A stretch of DNA of 63,634 nucleotides, counting the filler, from Vannella sp. (taxonomy: Eukaryota), in assembly GCA_023345925.1 (NCBI GenBank). It is 5 parts of 5 records of this genome, joined end to end, with 100 filler letters (N's around TTAATTAATTAA, not from the genome) between each part and the next. Parts side by side here need not be neighbours in the genome. Positions count along the whole stretch, not along the records: positions 1 to 21,600 come from JAJQQN010001103.1; 4 more parts are not named here. One strand, given 5' to 3'. The stretch's first letter is position 1. Every line of letters begins with the position of its first letter. The notes beneath the pieces are model-generated. The model did not search any database. It was given only the letters and a program-made list of their open reading frames with translations, and was not told the origin of the DNA. Of this stretch, positions 9,714 through 21,700 are shown piece after piece. The position numbers and the translations under genes are program-made.

Positions 9714-12700
9714 ATGAGCGCTCCCGCGCCCATCCCTCAGCGTGGATCCATCCTTGGTCCTCCGGCGCCTCCTAGAGATCGCCCAGTGCCTTCTGTGGAA
9801 GGGAGGCAGCAGCTGCGAGGTGGAGGAACCCCTCCTAATGGTAGCAGAGGTGCTCCAGGGAGAGGAAGAGGAACTCCGCCTGCTGGAAGAGGAGGGCAGA
9901 TGCTTCGAGGAGGGCAGCCTCCTCGAGGTGCACCGTCAGGACGTGCGCGACCTATTTCCACCAAAAGCTTGGCTCCTGTGCGCGAAGATGGGGCCCCAGG
10001 GCCAACTCCCCCGCCAGTTGCCCCCCGCCCGATGACGACCAACATTGTCACCTTGAAGCAAGCTCCTCCCCGTGCTCCTCCGCGCGCTCCTCCCCGAGGC
10101 CCAACGCGTGCTACACCTGAAAATGCCGATAGGAAGTCCCGTGCCCTCTCCATCGTCCATAATACCACCTGTTTTGCTAATGGCGCTATTGACGATGTCG
10201 GCATCATCTGCACAGACCAGGATGCGCTCTTACAGCAGATCAAACAGGAAGAGATGATGGATAGGCGAATGTCTATGGTTCGCCAGAGCGTTCCCTTGCC
10301 AATGTTGCCTCCTGGCCATGCCACTCCCGCCACCACTGAAGCCCCTCCTGTGAATTCTCCGCCCAAACCACCTTCATTGAGTGCAAAGAAGTGCCAACTA
10401 CGGAATCAAGCTAACATGGAACGGGTAGCCGCCTTCATGGAGCAGGAGAGAGTATATTTAGGACAATTGCAGCTTCTTGTGGAGAAGGCATTGAGTCCGG
10501 TCCGTTGTGAGAGGATTCTCAACAGCTTCCAGATTGTCTCTTTGTTCTCTAGCTTCGAGTTCATCTATCTCTTGACCACTACACTCGTAGAAGCGATGGA
10601 GAAGGTTTTTGAGAGGGTCGGATCGCCTCCCCCTGACCATGAGCTGCTTGCATCGCTTGCTGATCTTTTCGTGACAAAGGAAGAAGAGTTCTCTTGCTAT
10701 ATCAACTACTGCGCCAATCTCCCGTCCATCAGCCAACGCATAATCTCATTCAAGACTGTTCCTGGCTTCGATGCGATTAGCAAGGTAAGAGGGAATCTTC
10801 TGATGAACTTCTCTTTGACGCTTTATCGAAGAACTGGGAGAAAATGGCTGGAAAATCACTTCAAGACAGTCTTTACTTGCCAAAAGGGCGACTCTCTGCC
10901 TATCAGAGTTTCCTGAGGTTTATGAAGGAACAAGTGCCTGATTCGGGGTTGGAATCATTAGAGCAATTGACTATTAGTGTTTGGGGTAATGGGGAAGCTA
11001 TCTCTCGATTGCCGTGGACTCCAAAGGGTACAAACCTTGCCCAAGTGACCTGTGGAAGTACATTCTTTGCAGTTTTGACTGAGAACGGTGCTATCTGGAC
11101 GTGGGGTACATCCAAAGGAGGGGCACTGTGTCAAGGAAATGGAGTGACGCACTCGGACCATCCAAACCCTGTCATGATAGACCAAAAAATCGCATTTATC
11201 CACGCAGCTGGCGAAGCTTTAGCCCTTATCACTGAATCCAACCAGCTCAACCTTTGTGGATCTCTTAGTGGGACTCCCAACTTCCTACCGAAGCCCATTA
11301 CTTGGGAATACGAGGGAACCCTGCTCTCTGTTACTCTCTCAAGTAGCTTCGCCCTGGCCATCACAGAAAGTCGGGTACGGATCTGGCTCTTAGTGTGAGA
11401 ACCGCACTGACACTTTCTAGTTTGGAACCGAAGTGTGGTCTTGGGGAAGTGGTCCGTTAGGTCAATTGGGTCTTGGACCAGACCGCTTAGAAGTAGCAAC
11501 GCCTACTCTGTTGGAGGATCTCTCTGGATTTCAAGTAGGCTGTGTTGGGGTAAGTGAAACAAATGTGATTGCAGTCACTGGCGATGGACAAGTCTTCGTT
11601 TGGGGGAGCAACTCCAACGGAGCTCTCGGCACTGGATGGTCAGAAAGCTTTAGTGCATTTCCAGAGGTTCTGCTTCCTTTCCCAGGAGCAGTCGTTAGCG
11701 CCTGTTGTGGCAAAGACTACTTTATCGCTCTCACTCCAGAACATATTTATGGCTGGGGTGATCCTCGTCGTGATGGCATGCTTGGAAGTACAGAGCCGCA
11801 AGTAATCTCCTCTTTGGAAGCACTGGGCATTGCTTCTGTGATGTCCGGGGGACTGTTTTGTCTCGCGCTTGGATACAATGGAGAGGTCTACAGTTGGGGG
11901 AATGGAAAAGCCTTCCAAACAGGTCACCCCCGGCCGGCCACCATCACCAGCCCTACATTGGTCAAATCACTATCTACTCTTGAGAGCATCCAGCTGGCTT
12001 GTTCCTCTAACCTGGGAATGGCACTCCACATGGAGCCTCCTCCACAAACCCCAGCTAAACGAATATCACAAGCGCTAGAGACCATGGAAACCACAGTATG
12101 AACACCCCTATCATAATCTGCCTACTAATCCGCTCCAGATTACTGTTGTAGAAGAGCAAATCCAACAAGTAGAGAACATTTCTAAGCTTCTTGAAATCGA
12201 AAAGTCACTGACAAACGCCAAAGAGTTCAACATTGTCAGCCAAACTCGCATCTTTGTGATGAAAGCCAACGTGAAAGTGAATGGATCGGAAGGGTTGGTG
12301 TACATGTTCGAAGACGCCATCCTTTTGTGCAAAAAGAAGGACAAAAAGCGCTCAGAAGCCATGCACATGTTTACATTCGAATTATGCCAGATTGGAAAGC
12401 AATTTGAGATCGCTCAAAAGGCTGGATTCGAGCTCAGGGAAGCGCACACCAAATCTGCTTTCGTTCCCATCGAGTTCGCTTCTCGGGGAGAGAAAGAACT
12501 TTGGCTCGAGAGAGTGCAGCAGCAAATAAGCCCATTCACTCGTGATTCGCCACCTGCAAATAGTGGAAGACCCCCTTCTTACGTTCCTCCCAGGCCAGAA
12601 AGTGGAAATGGTACGAAGGAGAGTAGCGGGCCCAAGGGTCTAGCAGCCAAGGTCACACGAATGTCTTCCAGGTCATTCTCATTTTCCAAGGTCTCCAAAG

Positions 12701-13527
12701 TCTCCTCTGAAGTTCTTCGCCCTCCTATTGAAGGGGTTCAGTCACCCTCCAAACCAGTCACCCAACCACTCTCTCCTCAGTTGCCAACTATTCCTCCCAA
12801 AGCGCCTAATTCTCAGACCCAGACGCGGACTACACCACCAACGCGCCCTGCCCGGCCAAATTCTGAAAGGCCATCTGAAGTACCGCCAATCAGCCCAAGA
12901 CGCCCTGACAGGTCTCTTCCTGACGCACTACCTATCAGTCCAAGGCGCCCGGAAAGACCTCCGTCTGAGGCACTGCCAATCAGTCCAAGGCGCACTGAAA
13001 GATCTCCTTCCGAGGCAATGCCAATCAGTCCAAGACGCCCTGAAAGACTTGTTTTTGAAACAGTCATTATCAGTCCCAGACGCTCTGATCGTTCTGCCTC
13101 GGATGCAATGCCAATCAGTCCAAGGCGGCCGGACCGAATCCCCCCAACTCCTTCTTGCACCGAAAGTGGGCCATTGAGTCCAAGACGAGAACCTCCAGCG
13201 GTTCCAAAACGCCACTTGGTTGCTCCTATAATTCCCCCTGTCGCGATACCACCTCCTGAAGAGGAACGAAAGGAGGAAGAACAAGTAGAGTCGACAAGTG
13301 CAATACCACCAGAAGTTCCAACTGCTACGCCTCTTCCAGATCTTCCAAGTGGGGATGAAGTGGAAGCTTACGGCCCACTCGAAGATCCAGTGGACATGAG
13401 CGAACTCATTGAAGCCATCCGCGCCGAGCTCGGACTCTCACCTGGAGAAGGTCTTCTCCAAAGGATATCTGAAATGAATAAGCTGCTAAAAGATGGACAT
13501 CTCCAGCAAGACAACTCAGCAAAGTAA
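9714..13527 (+). CDS. RhoGEF (DH-PH) with RCC1 repeats inserted in the DH domain; proline-rich termini; multi-exon
   Basis: DH motifs FMEQERVYLGQL, YINYCAN, LYLPKGRLSAY; RCC1 repeats (WTWG, WSWGSGPLGQLGLG, FVWGSNSNGALG, YSWGNG); then LLEIEKSL and a PH-like region (LVYMFEDAILLC...EKELWLERV). Short GT-AG introns near 10785, 11375 and 12096. Confidence 0.85.
12886..13155 (+). repeat. Six 45-nt coding tandem repeats (PISPRRxxRxxxxAx)
   Basis: Units start at 12886, 12931, 12976, 13021, 13066 and 13111, each with atc agY ccN agR. Confidence 0.9.
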
Positions 13528-13580
13528 CAGCCGATAAAGAAGCTCCATCCGTGAGTGATTTACATTTACATTCCATTCCT

Positions 13581-14973
13581 CTATTTGGACCCAAACAGCC
13601 AGCGGTTAACTCTAGAAAGATTGACGCCCGCGAAACCGTAAGGCCTCTCTCCAAGAACCTCGCCAGTCTGCAACTTGTCAGTACAGTAGCAAAACGCAAC
13701 GCTCCCAAGAGAAAGTGACTCACACGACCGGATACGGCAAAGTGATACGTCCGACCTTGATACTCGTACGAGGATAAGTAGAAAGGGTGATAAAATATTG
13801 AGTATTCAACGTCTGATATGGCCGGGCTGATCGTCACCAATGAGAAGTAAGAAGTCTCCTTGCGTTCCTCTCTGATGGACTGACAAGCCACCTGCCGTAT
13901 GCGTTGGTCCATGTTCTAGCCCCCTATCAGCGAATTGGGGAAAATAATCAAGTAGTGATTACCTGAGTCCGCCAAGAAACAAACCAGGGAAGGGCAGAGT
14001 CAGGGGCGAAGGGAGAGCAAGACCAACTCAGGTCCTCTTCTCTTCCAAGACTGACCAGAGGCTCCAGTAGCTTGCACACTAATGAGGAAGAGCTGGCACA
14101 GAGTATATGACTCTGTTCCCCGTCGTACAAGCGAGAGACATTGCGAATGGTGACCATTTCCTCCGCTGTTGTGAAGCGGGTTTGGAATCGGTCCTGGCGA
14201 GCAACCTCAGCCTGATACTCGGCTCTTACTCTACACTTCAAGCGATAGAAGGGCACCAGATGGGTGATCATTACTGTGGAGCTGAAGGCATTCCCCACTT
14301 CAAGGAGCTCAGAGGGCTTAAACCACAGCGATCTTTGGTAGACATGAGATAGTACCGCATAAGGATAGTGTAGGAGCGTACCTGATCCAGTCTTGGAAGA
14401 GTTTGGTGGCTTTGCGATGGTCGATCAGAGTTGGAGCTATCTCGTACAGCTAGAGAGAGTGAGAACCCTTATGAAGATAGCCAGAGATAAAGCTTACCTC
14501 GTTTATGTCGTGAGGAGGGTGGCTGAGGCGCGGGCCGCCTTCCATCTCGAGAAAGCTAAAGTCCGTACCCGGACCTGCAGGAGGGAAGCTTTGGAGGAAG
14601 GCGTGGCGGCTTTCTGTGAGTTCAGGACAGATGATTCTTAAGATCTCTTCTGTCTGAAGGTGTGAAATGATGTTGGCCAACGAGATATTGACCGGAAGAG
14701 CCTCCACTAAGTCATCCTGCGGCCCCTTTCGACCCAAAGCAGTGATACGACGGCACATTGGACAGCATATCTCCTCTGCACTACTCATGTTCCCTCGAAC
14801 TAGACCCATCAGCGAGCTACCACACGCAGAGACAAGACAAACTCACCCAACAAGCGCAAACACTCCGTACAGAAAGTGTGCTGACAGGCGAGCACTCGTG
14901 GCTTATGGAAGATCTCCAAACACAGTGGACACGTCACTTCATCTGCCAAGAGCCGCAACTGCTCCTCATCCAT
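13581..14973 (-). CDS. RING finger (C3HC4, TRIM-type) protein with C-terminal YxYxGxxYxFxVxGxTGxVxGxRPY domain; multi-exon
   Basis: Exon 1 MDEEQLRLLADEVTCPLCLEIFHKPRVLACQHTFCTECL, gtgagt intron, then ICCPMCR. Later LVPFYR and HPFYLSSYEYQGRTYHFAVSGR|TGEVLGERPYG...; stop at 13581. Internal exon boundaries approximate. Confidence 0.8.
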
Positions 14974-15651
14974 GACACAGACAGGAAAGAAGCGAAGAAG
15001 GGAAGAGCGCCAAACAATGAAGAAATCCTCTCCTCTTTTCGCTCTGGCCGCTCGAGCCGGATCAAAGCGGTGCCTAGTTTACTTGAAAGTTACATCAGGA
15101 GAGGAGAAGAAGGTTCTTGGTGGCACCAGAAGCGGTAGAAGAGGAGAACGCAGACTCTCGGTCCCGGCCAATCAGAATCAAGGGCTCCTGCCAGAGGACT
15201 ACTCATCAATTCTTGGGTCTACATAAGGTGTATGTCGGCTGGGCGCTTCAACGTCCTGCTCGGTTAAGAACTGTTGGAAACATCTTCGTGAACTAATCAG
15301 CCGCCGAAGGGGTGAACTGAACCGGTTGATATCCCTTGTTATCAAGAGTGAACCTGGTGGAACACTAGTGAACTCAAGAACGCCACCATTGCCATGGACC
15401 TTTTGCACTCCGCATATCTCTCCCTTGTTCACGCAGATTCTCGATACGGGTTTGTGCCTGAATAACCCGCATCTTCTGTAACGACCGCCTCCGTCTGAGA
15501 GAAGTAGCCTACAAGGGTTAAATCTCGTCCCTTCAGGAATTGGATTGACGAAGATTCCATTGAGAATCGAACGAAGCTAGTTCCTTGTCGCAGCATGGTG
15601 GGAATTAGCTTTATGGAAGTGCATTTGCTACTTCCCATGTCCGTTCGGTCG

Positions 15652-16395
15652 TCAACGCTTTCCCTTTTCCTTTGGGGTTGTGGAGGGAGGCTTGAGTGGG
15701 GAAGCTGCCAGGGCTCTCACACCTTCAGGGCTGCTCAGTAATGGGCAGAGAAGATCAGAGACGGTCTCGTCTCCAGAGCTGACACTGAACGCGTGATTCC
15801 ATGGGCCATCACTGTTAATAGTATCTTCATTGGTACTGCAGAACTCCCAGCATTCCTCAGTGGAGCCCTCGAGAATGTATTGGTTGGACTCACTTCCAGG
15901 AGGATTAAAGGCCCAAAGAGCAACCAGACGAGGTTCCTCAGGAAGGGTGACATCAACCATAGTCCCCATCACCACATTCGATTCCTCACAAAAGAAGCAG
16001 AAAGGCCACGCGTTTGTGGAACTCTCGTAGTCCGTGGGGTCAACTTGAATGCCATGCAAGAGGAACCGCCTTCCTGATGCAGAGAGGAACTCAACCACGA
16101 AAGTCTCTTGAATGAAGGTGGCCAGAATGTCCGCTGCGTTCTCCTTTTGGTGCTTCTCAGCTGCCTTCACTTTGACGAAGCCAGACTCTGACTCTGAATC
16201 AGATGAATCTTCCCCATCTCCTGGAGATTGGCCAACGCAAGAAGAGCTCTCTCTCAGGGGAGGCTCTTTACCGCGTTTGGCGTCCACCTTGTGGGGGGGC
16301 TTCTCAACATACGACTTCGCCACTGGTATCTCTTCTCCTTTGACCTTTTTCGCATCCGGAGACTCGCACCAAAGCTCAGGAGCGCGCTTCGACAT
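15652..16395 (-). CDS. Hypothetical protein (basic/acidic N-terminus, possible NLS)
   Basis: 247-aa ATG-initiated ORF with coding-like composition; no family recognised. Confidence 0.6.
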   Translation of the reverse strand: MSKRAPELWCESPDAKKVKGEEIPVAKSYVEKPPHKVDAKRGKEPPLRESSSCVGQSPGDGEDSSDSESESGFVKVKAAEKHQKENAADILATFIQETFVVEFLSASGRRFLLHGIQVDPTDYESSTNAWPFCFFCEESNVVMGTMVDVTLPEEPRLVALWAFNPPGSESNQYILEGSTEECWEFCSTNEDTINSDGPWNHAFSVSSGDETVSDLLCPLLSSPEGVRALAASPLKPPSTTPKEKGKR

Positions 16396-16644
16396 GGACG
16401 AACAAAAAATGCAACAAACCGAAAATTTGTCGTAATCGCGATCCTTCCCTGAAATCTGGAGAACGCTGGTTGGTTACCCAAAATGGGCAGGGAAAGCCAT
16501 CAAAAAATCGCAACAAATTGGCAAGCTTGTGGGAAGGCTGTTATGTGGATTTTTATATTGTAATTGGCAGCAAAGGAAAAGGGGGCTTGGTTTTGAGGAA
16601 TTTTAAGACACAACCGTTGCTCTTGGACAAGGAAGGGGGTGGAG

Positions 16645-19624
16645 ATGAAGCGGGTCGCCTCTTCTAATGTGAGTGATGCTGCAGTTGCAAGTGGTAAGCT
16701 TGTGGGGGCTAACTGGTGGCTGTAGGAAGTCTTTCGAGTCACGCAGGGCTATGTTGCTTGGCTGGACGTTGGGGTGGACGACACAGAGGAGGGTTGGAAG
16801 GCCTGCTGGGCTCATCTTTCCACAGAAGGTCTCATCTGTTACCCACACCAATACGTAAGAAGGAGCTCTCTTCGCTCTGGTTAGCCCACAACTCACCAAA
16901 CCTCATGTCGGCTCTTCAGTCAAAGACGCCTATCAAGAAGTACGACGTCAACTCCCTCACCACTGTGAAGGCTCTCAAGGACGGCACTGTCCCCAACAAG
17001 ATCCAAATCAGCTTTCCCAGCTTACAGCCTGAACAGGCCGAGTGTGTGGCTCCCTTTCTCCAGTTTGCCTTGCAGAGCCGCATTGATAGTAACCGGTGGT
17101 GCTCTGGTGTCTCGGTAAGAGCGCCTCCCTCTCTTCTCTTCCAGTAGAGAATGGTTCTCGAGCAGAACTGACAGAATCGTTGCAGAACCTCGTCAAGTGG
17201 CAAGTAGAAGACACATTGATCAACAAGGACGTTACAGAGGAGCCAAGGCATGCTCCTACAGCAGACGAAATCCACGCTTCATCCACATGCTCCTCCATCG
17301 AAGAAGGCGATGCCCCTCCCGATGGGACAGCAGAGAGGAGCAAGGAGGAGATAGAACCCGTCGATCTCATCAACACTACTCCACCTCCTGAGGAGAGCAG
17401 CGAGGGAGCCTCTCAGGAGGACCAAACAGAGTCTGAAATACCGTTGGACGAGGACTCCGAGCGCGACCCCGCTGATGGGCTGAATCGCAAGGGAAGAGAG
17501 CTTTTCCTCTCCAAGAAGAAGAAGGAGCGAAGCGCCCGCATCAAGAACGAGCCTGGCTCAGAGGACGAGGAGGAGGAAGAGAAGCCTGGGAGCTCCATCC
17601 GCGACTCAATTATGCGGGACGTGGAAGGTACATCACGGAAGAGGTCCTCAGAGTCCCCGAAAGCACCCGCAGTCGATAGCGTAACGAGTCCCCCGACTCC
17701 ACCACGTGCAGCCCCTGATTTTGAGGAGTCTACTCCCACTACAGAGGCGGAGGAGAGTGGAAAAGCGGATGAAGATTCCCCAGATGATGCAGGAGCAAGG
17801 GATAGCGACAACGGACTGTCCCCGAGGCTTCATCTACCGGACGGGAAACTCTCCGACGATGAATCTCTCCTCTCCGACGTCCCACGCTCGGCTCGCTCTC
17901 GCATTCGCAAGTCGAAATCAGCTATCATTGAACCACAACGCGTCAAGCTTGTCAAGCGAAGCGTCTCCTTCTCGACCGAACCGCCCCTCGGACAACCCCC
18001 CACGCTTCGTACACCCAACTTACGAGCCGCCAAGCCGAAGAAGGGGATCCTGAAGAAGGCTAGCGGCATGGCGCAGACAAAGAAGAAGCCTCCGAAGATC
18101 TTCTTGACCGATCGCCCTCCGATCCACTGGAAGATGGGTGCTACCTCCTTTGAGAGCACCAATAGGGGTGGTGTGATCACTGTAGTCAACCCTCTACACA
18201 ATCCCCAAGACGTAGAGCTCCGCCAGTTCCTCTTAGAGCTCCAACGGACTCATTTGGAGACTGGGGACCGCGCTGTGCTGGATTTGAGCTCCCGGGAGCT
18301 GACTTCCATCCCTCCTGTAGTGCTCAAACAGAAGTACTTGCAAGTACTTAACCTCTACATGAACCAGTTCCAACGGCTTCCTTCGGACATTGGCTCACTC
18401 ACCAGTCTGGAGCAGTTTGGGGCCAATGAGAACGCCATCATCGAGCTCCCACCTTCCATTGGACAGCTAAGCAACCTACGTGTGCTAGACCTTCGACACA
18501 ACCGGCTCCAAGAGCTTCCTCAAGAGATAGGACAGCTGACTTCTCTCCAGCGCCTCTTCCTCCGCTTCAACCGGCTCGTTTCACTTCCTGATTCGATTGG
18601 AAAGCTTGCCAACTTGGACATGCTTAGTCTACGCAACAACAGTCTCGCTGTCCTTCCCGATAGCATCCGGAAGCTCTCAAAACTTCGAGTTTTGGATGTC
18701 CACCACAACCAGCTTAGCCGGCTACCTTCCCTTCGTGGACTAACACAACTAGTAGACCTCGATGCACAGTACAATCAGCTGTCACGGCTCCCCAAGGACA
18801 TCTCGAAGCTGATAAGCCTCACCAAACTCCACCTTGGACGCAATCGGCTCAAGTCCTTCCCAGTTGAGATCTGCCAGCTAGCTAACCTTGAAGAGCTTGA
18901 CTTGGAAGGAAACATGATCAAGGGGCTGCCCGATGACATCAAGAATCTCAACCACTTGCAGCAGTTATACATCAGCAGGAACCACATATCTGAGTTGCCA
19001 GCTACTTTCGGCCACTTGGTTCGCTTAAGACAGCTATCAGCTCGCTACAACCGCCTTAAGGAACTCCCTCTATCATTTGGGAAGCTTCGGGAGCTGAAAG
19101 AAGTCGATTTATCTTCCAATAACTTTAGTATGTTCCCTGACCCGGCCCTGCTACGCTTCGTGAGCAATCTGGATATTCACGACAATATGATCATCGCACT
19201 GCCAGAGGGAATGGCCAAGATGAAGTCTGTCAAGACACTGAATCTGGGAGAGAACTGTTTGCGGGCATTGCCCGACGGATTCTGCTATCTGACTTCATTG
19301 CACCATCTCCGCTTGAACTGTAACGAACTAGAAGAGCTTCCTATCCCCCTAGATAACCTGGTTTCACTGCGCAGTCTCCAACTGGACAATAACCTCTTCC
19401 GAGAATTGCCGCCTCAAGTGGGTTTCCTGGGTAACTTGACGACGCTGAGTCTCTTGGACAACGATCTTAACGATCTACCAAACGAATTGATCAACCTACA
19501 CAAGCTCAAACAGCTCAAAGTGGACGGCAATCCTCTGGAATGCTTCCCGCCAAACATCTCTGGAGGCGGCCAAGTCTTCTCCTTCATCAGCCTGCGAGTC
19601 AAAGAGTCTGAATTTGGTCTCTGA
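16645..19624 (+). CDS. PH-domain + SHOC2-like leucine-rich repeat protein
   Basis: Spliced N-terminus MKRVASSN|EVFRVTQGYVAWLD...WKACWAHLSTEGLICY is PH-like. Acidic linker, then many 23-aa LRRs (LxxLDLxxNxLxxLPxxIGxL). Confidence 0.85.
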
Positions 19625-19708
19625 ATCTCAAGTTCCTCGTTCTATATACACAGAACAGCCCTGCTCTCTTGTACCCTTCTTTTAGTGACTATTTGTTGCC
19701 GCCCGCAG

Positions 19709-21451
19709 ATGAGAGTGGGTCTATCCGTAGTTCTGGCGCTTTGCTTGGGGTTGCTTGTGGTGGGGAATGAGATAGGGGAGGGAAGTGAAGACTCTACAAT
19801 GGACATCGCTGTGGATGGGATCGTTGGAGGGCATCCTCACGAGAGAGAGGATGAAAAGACGGCGCTTCCTCCATCAGAGGAGGCTTCCAGCACACCAGAG
19901 GAAGCCAATGATCTACCACTGATTGAGATCAACGCAGGGAGCTATATCATGCCTTGGGAAGGCCTCACTACAGAGGAGAAGCTCAAGAGAAGAGAGCGCT
20001 TCTTCGGTTGGTTGAACGAAGAAGGCGTCCGGGCGGCTGCTGGCCTGGACATCGAAGAGATACCAGAGATGGAAGGGCAACGAGGGCTCCGCGCAGGAGA
20101 ACCCATCCCCAAGCAATCAACTGTCCTCCATATTCCTCAACATGTGTTGATTAGCTCGCTCCCTCCTGTAGAAGGTGCCCCTGATGATACGCCATACTGT
20201 GACCTGACTAGGAGATGGCCGATTGGGCTTATCAAGAAGGTCTTTGAGACCGCTCCCTTCCTGGAGGAGGGAAAGGCGGACTTGAGGCATCGCATTCAAC
20301 CAGGTCGCGTTTCGCGCGTGTTCCTCGCTCTCTGCTTGATCCATGAGACCAAGAAGATGGGTGGGAGCTTCTACCAACCATACTTGGACCTCCTTCCTCA
20401 ACAGTTCCGCCAGCCCCTCACTTGGAGGCGTTCTGCTGTCGAACAGTTGCGGGGTTCTCCTATGTACGATGCTGTTCTTGCAGCAAAGAAGCAACTAGAA
20501 GACGATTACCACCTTATGGCAGAGATCTTATTCACTGTAGGGCCTCCTCTCTCTCTCTAAAGGTGTCAATGCAACTGACTTGGAACAGCATCCTGACCAA
20601 GGGTTCACTCCCGGCCACTACAACTGGGCCATGCTCATTGTCTCATCACGAGCAAGAGAGATACGCTTCCCAGGTCGTAGTTCCAAGGTCGTAGCTCTCG
20701 TCCCAGTCCTAGACATGGCCAATGATGGCCTGGGAATGGACTCTCCCCTGACTGACTTGATCGACTCCACTCTTGAAGCCGGCTGGATTCGCTTCTCTAA
20801 CACAGATCCTATCCATGCAGGGGATCAGGTTCTCCTTCGGGATGGGCCATGCACTACGAGTGTATGTCTTATGCTCAATCACGGTGTTCTTCCCCCTTCC
20901 ATGCCTTTGGACTTTATCACTCTCAACGTTCTCGCCCCGGATGACTTGTCTGTTCTGTATCTGGACTTGATAGGGGAAGTATCTCTTGAAGAGTCTCAAA
21001 ACGAAGAGCTGTTGAAGAAGAAGGCGTCCATCCTGTCCCAAAACCATTTGAATGTGGCCCAACTGGGTCCCGCCTTTGTGGAAGGCACTGTGAGTGTCTT
21101 CCGAATCCTGTGTGCTACTGAAGAGGACATTCAGCGTCTGATTGACAGTCAATCCTTTGCGTTAACTCACAAGCCAATGTCTGATGCGGTGGAGACTTGT
21201 GCAGAGTATGTTCTGACTGAACTCATCCGAGAGACCCTTCGCGCCTTCCCAACGTCCCTGCAGGTGTGTGAGCCCTTTCTTTTCCACAATCTGACTGACA
21301 TGTTATGCCTTACTTGCAGTATGACCAAATGATGCTCAAACACATCCCCAAAGAGGAATTCGAGCTCCGCTTGGCTGTCCAATTCCGCACAAGAGAGAAA
21401 GAACTTCTCACAAGAACCCTTCAAAACGTCAAATCTTACTTTGAGATCTAA
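19709..21451 (+). CDS. SET-domain protein of the Rubisco-LSMT/SETD3 class with predicted signal peptide
   Basis: GQRGLRAGEPI, YQPYLDLLP, WAMLIVSSRA, LVPVLDMAND, LSMT substrate-binding tail ..LAVQFRTREKELL. Two introns; N-terminal hydrophobic stretch VGLSVVLALCLGLLVVG. Confidence 0.85.
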
Positions 21452-21600
21452 TAAATAATAATGAGAAAGGGACATCAAGTTTACAAACTGTCCACAGAAC
21501 TGTTTGGACATCTAGCGGTTCAAATGAAGTTTAACTTTTAGTGTACAAAAAATGATCAAAGAGGTAAAATACACAAATAACAAGTCCTGCATCACCTTCG

Positions 21601-21700
21601 NNNNNNNNNNNNNNNNNNNNNNNNNNNNNNNNNNNNNNNNNNNNTTAATTAATTAANNNNNNNNNNNNNNNNNNNNNNNNNNNNNNNNNNNNNNNNNNNN
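21601..21700. other. Artificial contig spacer
   Basis: N run with central TTAATTAATTAA (stops in all frames). Confidence 0.98.
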
